64,000 bases of DNA from Gnetum montanum (taxonomy: Eukaryota > Plantae > Gnetophyta). The notes beneath the pieces are model-generated. The model was not told where the DNA came from. It saw only the letters and a list, made by a program, of their open reading frames with translations, and ran no database searches. Positions 52,501-61,397 of the stretch are shown here, in pieces (position 1 is the first letter of the stretch; each line of letters starts with the position of its first letter). Made by a program: the position numbers and the translations under genes. Where the stretch lies: positions 1 through 64,000 of the forward strand of contig MNCI01002616.1 in NCBI GenBank assembly GCA_015680685.1, given 5' to 3'.

Positions 52501-54240
52501 TCAAGGATTCCAAGGCCTCGTTGCATATCCAACGTTGGCTCTCATCTACTTCCTCATACTTGAAGTAGACATTAGCCTCCTGATTCTCAGAGGTAATCAC
52601 CGTCATCTCTTGGGACTTCTTCCCCCTTATAACAGTTTGCACAAAAATACTTAACAAAAAAGCACAAAACACAAAAAGAGTAGGTTAGAAAAAACACCAA
52701 TAGCAAGAAAAACACCAATGACATTCGAACATGTAGTAACTACATTTTAGCTTACCAGGCTTGAACGGTGACGGGAAAGGCAGAAGATAAACCAAAACAT
52801 CTTCAACGGAGATCAGCTTAAAGGGTGCCCATCCCTCATCCAACCAACCAGACTCCTTGCATCTATTGTAGAGTTTGGGATACCGGGTTGGGTAGGTTTG
52901 GTACTCACCCCTGCACTAGCCTATCACACCTGCGTGTAGATTTTCAGCAGAAGAAAACTCCCACAGCACCATCTGTGCTAAGGTCAACACATTCGTATCA
53001 CTGTGAAGCCCCTCCTCATTGACGAAAAACCTAGTAACAAAAAAAAACACTGTTAACATTCGGCTAGCATAGTAAATATTGCAAAGCATAGTGGAACATG
53101 TCTACAAAACTCACCCGCCAGCATAGTAAATAGTCCCTGGTGGATTTTGGAAGCATGTTCCCATGTGATGTGTAATAAACAATGTGTTGTAGGGATGGTA
53201 ATAGTTATACATGGGTATATCCGAGATTTAGGCCAAACATCTTAAATTTATGGGGTAATGACTAGATCCTTCTCCTTCCCTACTGTTGATTGCTCCATCC
53301 GTGAAAAATCTCAGAATACCCTTATTTGCCCTAGGCAATAGGGTTTCTGTTATGGCAGCCGCTTCCTCCTTCGCTAGGTGTGACCAAACGATCACATTGA
53401 AGTGTTGGAGGAGGAATTGTAGGAACTCCTGCACTCCCTCTCAAAACTAGACCACCTCCTATCCCACACATGCCTAAGGTAAAGGAACACTAGCCAATGG
53501 TTCCCTAACGCAGCACAAGACCCCCATGATTTTGAGGACAATCAAGATTGGCCTTAGTGCTACCCTGCACAACACAATAGCGAATGTTAACGGCATGTTC
53601 AAGTAAAATTCAAACATAGCGTAGCAAGATTAGCATTTTAGCACATAGCGTAGATAACTAGCCTCTTAGCAGATAGTGTAGCATGATTCCCTTTATGCAT
53701 ATAGTGTAGTGAAAAACACGAAGGCAATAGCGTAGCAAAATTAGCTTAGTGTAGCAACTGAGCGATTAGACCTAACAAAGTGATTAGCATCACACGTGTT
53801 ACACTGTCATATCACACATGGCCAAACCCCTTTGAGGGTCCTACACTATGCTATTTACATGCCAAGTGGCTCAAATCGTACAAGCCTCTTCGGTAATGAC
53901 AGCCGCAGCAATAGCGGTCTAGGCTACCTTGCAGGCAACCTTAGCATAGCGTCTGTACATCCACCGTGGCCAAAATGGCAACAACGATGGTGTAAGAGCC
54001 AAAATAATGATAACATGATGATAGGAAACACATACAGCTAAAACTAAATCATAGAAACAAAAGCAAGAAAAACAAAAACAATAACAGAAGCATGATAAAA
54101 GAGAGGAAGCACAGTAGCCTACTGGGTCAATGGTGTCTCCTCACGCACTGCGACACCCACCTATGATACATGTCCTAGGGTTTTCTTCACCCTTCAACCT
54201 TTGTGAGTTCCAAGTGTTTGTGTTCTTTCTTGGGATCCAT
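49576..54240 (-). pseudogene. Antisense multi-exon accessory gene in the PR-RT spacer: FCP1/NIF-like (pseudo)phosphatase, plant-transposon domain, acidic linker, coiled coil, acidic tail
   Basis: Exons 53564-53115, 53030-52756, about 52636-51595, 51429-50739, 50626-49807 and 49716-49576. GT-AG introns 53114-53031, 50738-50627 and 49806-49717 conserve reading phase. FCP1-like motifs lie in the first two of these exons. The putative ATG at 54240 is tentative. Confidence 0.75.
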
Positions 54241-54392
54241 CACCTTGCTTGTCGACTCTTACTTAGTTGCTGTGCTGAAATGCCTTGCTCTTTATTAGCA
54301 CAATCACCTTGTGCTCCAAAACCGCTCTGTGCTCCAAATGTGGGCTATGCGTTGTTACAATGAAAATGATGAGTTTACTAGGGGTTAATTCC

Positions 54393-54400
54393 TATTTATA
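54393..54400 (-). promoter_or_regulatory. TATA box of the antisense gene
   Basis: Minus strand reads GCTATAAATAGG, about 150 bp upstream of the putative ATG at 54240. Confidence 0.55.
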
Positions 54401-54579
54401 GCTGCAATGGTGAAAAGGAAACTTGTCATTCTCTCTCTCTGTTTAGTATGGAGTATTTTGTGTAGCATAGCATGCTTGCCACGACATCATAGCACTATTC
54501 ACATTAACACAGGTGGTCCTGGGAAAAAATCTTTGACACGCTTCCAACTAGTTGTTTGCCTTCACAAAAATATCTAGTT

Positions 54580-55010
54580 AGTGGTCTATGAAGACCTTAA
54601 ACTAGTAGCTTTAAATTTCTTGCATATTAGTGGTCTAAAAAGACCTTAAACTAGTAACCCTAGCACATAGTTTCAATCTAGTTAGTAGTCCGAAATGATG
54701 TTAAACTAGCAGATTCAACCTTTTACACGTTCATAGTCCATAATGACATTAAGCTAGCAGTTTTTCATTTTTTGCATTGCTAGTTTTGCCATTTTTACAT
54801 TAGAAGATATTTATTTTGTATACTAGCAGTTTTACATTTTTCACTTCTAGGCGGTCTGTAATGACCTTGAACTAATACTTTAACCTGTTGACAGTCCGCA
54901 AAGACGTTAAACTAGTAGTCTTTGCATTTTTACATTAGCAGTTTTACATTTATACACTAGCAATTTTGCATTCTTACTCCCAAGCAGTCCACCATGACAT
55001 TAACTGGCAA
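54580..55010 (+). repeat. Dispersed hairpin-AAACTAG repeats upstream of RT
   Basis: GGTC-TATGAA-GACC-TTAAACTAG, GGTC-TAAAAA-GACC-TTAAACTAG and GTC-CGCAAA-GAC-GTTAAACTAG, interspersed with TTTTACATT. Confidence 0.7.
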
Positions 55011-55151
55011 ATCTTAAGTTTTCTATCACACTTTGCGTTTGTCTCAATTTCTCACATCTCATTGTTATTTTGCAAATTTTCACTATGCATGATTACTACC
55101 AACAAGTACCTCTTACTAGACATTTATCTCATTTTGGAAGGTTGAGTGAGG

Positions 55152-58100
55152 ATGGAAATTCATCATGAGCTCTCTTCACCTCTAGCTTTAGCAGGTCCAC
55201 ATGGAAAAATCGCAAGACAACTGAACCTAGATCTAATAGACTGTGAATTACGCACAGTTAGCATCGTAGCGTCCTTAGAAGCATCTCCAAACTAGCTTAA
55301 ACATCTAGTCCAAACCCTATATTTAGAGGTAAATGATGTAACTAAGGACCCTCTCATTGAGATGCCTGTGACTACATCTAGGGGGGAAGTAAAAATGTTG
55401 ATACTTAGTTCCCTCCTAGATTCACATACGCACAAAGATGTAGCCAAAATTCTACAAGAAAACATTGAAGTCTTTGTGTGGTCATACAACGACATGCCAA
55501 GTTTAGATCTGAGGTTGATACAACACAACATCGTTTTAGACCCGTGCATGAAAGCAGTTAAGAAGAAGGCTCGTAAGGTTAAACCAGAAATTGCGCTGGC
55601 TGTGTGGGATGAAATCACCAAGCTATACTAGGCTAGTTTCATCCAGGCAGTTGATTACTTAGAATGGTTGTCTAACATCATTGTTTTTTCTAAGAAAATG
55701 GGAGGAATACGTATCTATATTAACTTTTGGGATCTAAACAAGGCAATGATCAAAGATGATTTCCCACTTCCAAGCATCAATCAACTCATTGACACAATGA
55801 TTGATCATGCTCTGTTACCCTTCATGGATGGTTTTTTTGGCTACAACCAAATTCACATTAACCCAGAGCATTAGATGAAAACAACCTTCATAAGCCCATG
55901 GGGTACCTTTTGTTACACTATGATGCCTTTAGGCTCAAGAACATCGGAGCAACCAAACAGCAATCCATGACTTACATTTTTAGCGACTACATCCTAGAAA
56001 CGCTGAATGACTACGTAGATGATATAGTAGTCAAGTATAAAGAGGTTGCTAATCATCCTCGCAACCTAGGAGTAGTCCTCAAGTGTTACCAGATGCACGA
56101 TTTATGCCTCAATCCTAAAAAGTGTGTATTCGGGGTAAGAACCGAACACATGTTAGGGTTTGTAGTATTAGAGGTTGGAATATGAGTGGACCCTGATAAA
56201 GGTAAGGCCATCATCAACCTGACACCTCCTACAAACCTTAAAGAATTACATGGGTTACAAGGTAGAGTACAGTTCATCAGAAGGTTTATAGCAAAGTTGA
56301 CTGACAAGTTACACCCCATGCAACATCTATTGAAGAAAGGGGTTAACTTTGAATGGACGACTCAATGCCAACAAGCCTTTGATGATATGAAGAAAGAGCT
56401 TTTGCATCTCCCGACAGTATACCCACCACAGAGGGATAAGCCTTTCTTCATCTACCTTGCTACCTCAAACTTGTCTATCATAGCACTATTATGTCAGAAA
56501 TGGGACAATGGTTCTAAGATACTAGTGTATTACCTAAGTCATGCACTAATAGCCTATGAAGTGAAATATAATGAGGTAGAGAGAAATTGCCTTGCCTTAG
56601 TGTTGCATTGAAGAAGTGGAGACACTACCTATTTCGTAGAAAAATTAACATTATTTGCAAGGGCAACATACTACAGGCTATCACAAACAATTTGTATGAA
56701 AGTAGTAGGATAGCCCGGTGGAAAGCAATAGTAGCAGAATTCGACTTACATTATGTGAGCTAATTGTCGATGAAAGGTCAAGCCATAGCAACAAAACTTA
56801 CAACCTCACCCATCGATGATCAAGCGATCATAGATCTTAAATTTCTAGACAAGCATGTTAGCACTATCAATGCCATCCCATCACATCTTGAAGCTACTTT
56901 ACACTTTGATGGTGTCTTCATTGAGCAAGGCGATAGTGTGGCTGGTATCATTATGTTCCCCTTTGGGGAAATGCACCCTTTAGGTTATTGTTTCATGTTT
57001 CCTTACATGAACAACTTGGTAGAGTACGAGGGGGTACTCAGAGGCCTCCTAACTACCCAAGCACTATGCATACAACAGCTGGCGATTCGCGGAGATTCAA
57101 AACTAGTTGTGAATCAAATCACCAAGGTCTACGCATGCAAAGCTACACACCTGCAACCCTAGTGTGACTTAGCAAAAAGCCTACTTAAATAGTTTGTAAC
57201 TATGGGTGTGCAACATGTGCCATGTAATGAAAACACCGTAGCAAACGACCTGGCCACCTTAGCATTAAATATTCCATCACACTTTTTTGCAATTTTTCCA
57301 ACCTCGATTACCGAGTGTAAGGAGCCCATCACTCAGGCGGGGCATGTAGCCTCTGTTAGTGCTGCAGATACCCAGGAGTGGTACTCCAACATTAAAGCCT
57401 ACTTGCAACATGGTGAACCCCCAAGTGGATTGACATATGCACAGAGAGATGCGATCCGTAAGCGTGCTCGACAATATGTGATCATGGGAGATAATGCCAT
57501 GTGCAAATGCCCCTATAATGGGATATTGCTGGCATGTGTAAATGAGGAACAAGTGTAGAAGGTGGTTAATGAAGTACATGAGGGACTGTGTGGTGGACAC
57601 ATAGCCCCTAGGGCTATGGTTGCAAAGATCAGACATCTAGGATTCTATTGGTCTCACATGGAGGGTGATTGCTTAGCCAAATTCAAGACGTGTGATACGT
57701 GCCAACGATACACAAATCTCATACACGTTTTACCTACGAAGCTACATCCAACATAGATTACGTGGCCTTCCTAGCGATGGGGACTAGACCTCATAGGACC
57801 TATCACGCCTAAGTCCTCTGCGGGGCATAGCTTCATCATCACTGCCATTGAGTATTTTACTAAGTGGATCAAGGCTATTCCCCTGAGGAAGACGACATCT
57901 CAACATATTTGTCACTTCATCTTGGATAACATCGTGATAAGGTTTGAACTTCCCATGAATATTGTGACTAACAACGGGCCACAGTTCAATAGTGCAGAAA
58001 CCCGAACCTTCTACAGCAATCTTGGCATCCGATAATCGTTCTCTTCACCATATTATTCGTAAGCGAACGAGCAAGTAGAGGCTAAAAATAAGTCCATCAT

Positions 58101-58616
58101 CAACTTGCTGAAGAAGATGCTTGACAATAGCAAGAGGCGATGGCATGAGAAAATCCTCTATGTGTTGTGGGCTTACAGAACGACATGCAGGACTGCAATA
58201 GGTAAGACACCTGATAGTCTTGTTTATGGATTTGAAGTAGTGTTACCTCTTAAGTTGTAGGTGCCATTACTTCGGATGATCCTATCCAATGTCATAAGCG
58301 AAGCACAGAATAATGAGTCAAGAATCATCAACCTCGACTCGGTGGAGGAGCATGCACAAACACTGAATCACATAGAGCATTACCAAAACAAACAACAGAA
58401 AAACATCATGTAAATCCACATCAACAACCAATACAGAAGGGAGACCTCGTTCTCAAGGCTGTCCGTGAGCATATGAACAAATTCTCAGCCAACTAGAAAG
58501 GTTAATACATGGTCACAAAAGCCTTTGGGAACGGGGCCTTCAAGTTCACAGACATGGACGGCAACGAGTCCACTAATCCGGTGAATCATTCATATGTCAA
58601 GCCATACTACATCTGA
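55152..58616 (+). pseudogene. pol: pol pseudogene of element D: RT, RNase H, extra archaeal-type RNase H, integrase
   Basis: FPLPSINQLID, FMDGFFGYNQI, YVDDIVV; LVYYLSHAL..YNEVERNCLAL; LHFDG..NNLVEYEG..GDSKLVVNQI; HEGLCGGH..CDTCQ, WGLDLIG; ends KPYYI*. Confidence 0.93.
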
Positions 58617-58636
58617 AGCATGAAAACAATAAGCAG

Positions 58637-59021
58637 TTATCTACTATGATGTAAAACTAGCAAAGCTCATCCTCTATGACATTAAACTAGCAAAGCTCGT
58701 CTGCTACAATGTAAAATTGGCAAAGCTCATCCGCTATGATGTAAAACTGGCAAAGCACGTCCGCTACGACGTGAAACTGGTATGACATGTCCACTACGAT
58801 GTAAAATTGACAAATATCATCTTCCACAATGTAAAACTAGCATAGACGGTTTGCCATGACATTAAAATGGCACAAGTGGTCTGCTAGGACCTTAAACTAG
58901 CACCACAATTGTCCGCTATGATGTTAAACTAGCATAAATGGTTTGATAAGACCTTAAACTAGAACAACGGTCTACTGGGACCTTAAACCAGCACATCATG
59001 GTCTACCAGGACCTTAAACTG
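58637..59021 (+). repeat. Tandem hairpin array of about 29 bp immediately 3' of the integrase stop (element D)
   Basis: About 13 units, e.g. CGTC-CGCTAC-GACG-TGAAACTGG and GGTC-TGCTAG-GACC-TTAAACTAG. Confidence 0.88.
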
Positions 59022-61397
59022 AGTTTTTGGCATGTCCTCAGCATGCATCTACACTAGTACACAATAACCAAGCATGCACAGTGCTGACACGGGGTGGGAC
59101 GTTGCAGTTCCAGAATGCAGTTCACGATGTGAACAAAACACCCTCTGGAACATATGCAACGCCACTACTCTTGGCATCTTGCTAATCCTCTAGAGATGTC
59201 GTATGACATCCTGCTAACCCTCTGGACCTACTGCTACCATGACTCATCACCCTAGTAGTAGCTTCCCTGGTTAGCACCTACTACTGGAGTTCCAGCAGTA
59301 TTGTGGGCCAGCCACAATATTGCTAACCTCCATCCCTTGCCAACACTTGAGCTTAAGAGACATTTAGCTATGGGGTAACCAATCTCATAGATGAACTGAG
59401 AATGCTTGTTCTTAGGTAGGGATTCTTGAGCATCCACATTAACAACAACTCCAAGCCTCCTTGATGCTAGCTCCTCCACGCTAATGCTACCAAGGTCATT
59501 GCTAGCCTTCCTAGTTTGGACACTGCATGTCTCAACAATAATATTAGTTGCTCCAGTAGCATCCATAGCAAGACCTTTGCAAGACCTTTGCAGGGTTTCC
59601 TCTCTGTTGTGTTTGCAGGGTGCATACCAGAGAGGTGTTGGTCATAGGTGCATTTCGTTATGGAAGCAAATGCTACAACGTTACAAGGTGATTGTCTTGA
59701 CTAGCTTGGCTACTTGGGAGTGCACATCCTATCCTTTTCATTTACCTATCTTATTGCCTTCCTTACACTTACGATTTCCACTCTCTCCCCTATTTTACAA
59801 GATTTTTGCGAGGCTTGTAAAGCCCTTCCAAATTCTCAACTGCAAAGTCCATGACGCGCGTAACAAAGCTCGCTGCATGGGAAGCATTTGTAGGTAGGTT
59901 AAAGCCCCATGTGGATGTAACACAAGTCATCCTGGAAAAGAAAAACCATTCTTGTAACAAGATTTTTTGCAAATGTAAAAGAAAAAATAGCAAAGGCAAA
60001 AGCGTAAGAGAGCAAAAGCTCACGCATAAAAAAAAGTACCTAAAACAAATGGCACATATGCTGTTTTGCAATTACCCTCTTGAAGCATTTCAACCAGAGG
60101 TTGAAGACCAGAAAAAGCAAAGATGACCAACATAAAAAATTTTCTCATAAGCACTCTAACAAGGGATTATGCTAAATTTCATCTTTACCATTTTATGAAC
60201 CTCCTCCCCTCTCCACCTAGCCCTTTCCTCTCCCTTGCATAACCAATGCAACACTCTCAAGCATAGCTAAGAGACATCTTGGAAATCACTGAAGAGAGAT
60301 GTTAGCATTTTGTCTTTCATGGTGTTTCATATTCTTTGTCGGCATCTCTCTGGTCCATCCTCTAGGCATCAAAAAAGAGGGGCCAATGAAACACCCTAAA
60401 TTTTTAAGGCATTCTTGCTTCACCAGGTCCTTGGAATTTAGGGAACACCATGTCACTTTAGCAAGAAATGGATGCTCTAAGTTTAGAATGTTTAGTTCGA
60501 CAAATTTTCTACTCCAAGTGTTGATAGGCCTAACAGACTCTCTAGCTTGCCCACCTAGGTGGTTCATTTGGCTGACAGTCTACTCAGAGGTGATACGTGC
60601 AGTTGTCGGTAGTGCTTAGGCTACACAAAATAGTTTAGCAAGTTTTCTAGTCAAGAAGTTTGCTACACTACGCTACGCTACATAGCATAGCAAGCCTCAG
60701 AAGACAGTTGCAAGACGAAGTGCTACACTATGCTACACTATGCAACGTAGCACAATGTAGCAAAAGGCAAGCAAGAAGGCCTAGCTTACTTAGTGATTTC
60801 AATTACACTCAACAAGCATGTCTGGTCTTCAAAACTAGTTGCTTCACTCAATTTCAAGTCCTCCAGCAAAGCTCCTCTTACTAGAAAAGTAGCAGATCAA
60901 GAAAAAGTAGGCTATGTTGGCTACTACCCTATGCTACGCTACACAGCGTAGCACAATGTAACAATGATGCAAAAATGACTAGAGGCATCTCAAAACGTAG
61001 GATCAGCAAGTGCAGAAGCTTTGTAGCATAGAAAAACAAAGGTTGCAAGTTGCCAATAATGATCATCAAGCAAGTTTACAAATTAAGTGTAGATCGTAGT
61101 TTAGGCCAACTACTACGCTATGCTATGCTACGTAGTGTAGCATAGCATAGGAAACATGCAAAATCAGCCAACACACATCAAAGGCTTCTAGCACATGCAA
61201 TCAACTCCAATGAAAATTTCTTCTTCAAACTGGTGGCAACGCTATGCTATGCAACATAGCCTAGCACAACGTAGCAGGCAGCTATGCTACGCCAACTTGC
61301 TATGCTCCATAGCATAGCACAACGTAGTAGGTGGCTACACTATGCTAACATGCTAAGCTCTACAGCGTAGCATAGCGTTGCAGGTGATTAGACGTAG

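Larger units (their letters stand above)
42777..61397 (+). mobile_element. Tat-clade (Ogre/Retand-type domain order) element D, about 18.6 kb; 5' LTR 42777-44679, 3' LTR 60387-61397 (truncated)
   Basis: The LTRs align from TGAAACACCC, with about 10% substitutions in the first 240 bp by eye. PBS at 44686; PPT AAAAAAGAGGGGCCAA before 60387; order gag-PR-[6 kb]-RT-RH-aRH-INT. Confidence 0.9.

Noticed and set aside
52864-52908. GTGAGT donor-like site suggesting another intron in the antisense gene
   Set aside because: The implied intron would be only about 45 nt, and the frame reads through openly to the stronger G|GTAAG donor at 52755.
49576-54400. Antisense gene as an ordinary host phosphatase gene or an independent DNA-transposon insertion
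   Set aside because: It is enclosed between PR and RT of one LTR element, carries that element's LTR motif in its introns, recurs in a second copy, and I saw no TIRs or TSD; not fully excluded without a genome-wide survey.
58637-59021. Regular 27-29-bp repeats resembling a CRISPR array (also 49210-49450 and 63063-63302)
   Set aside because: Head-to-tail degenerate units with no unique spacers, no cas genes, and a eukaryotic retrotransposon context.
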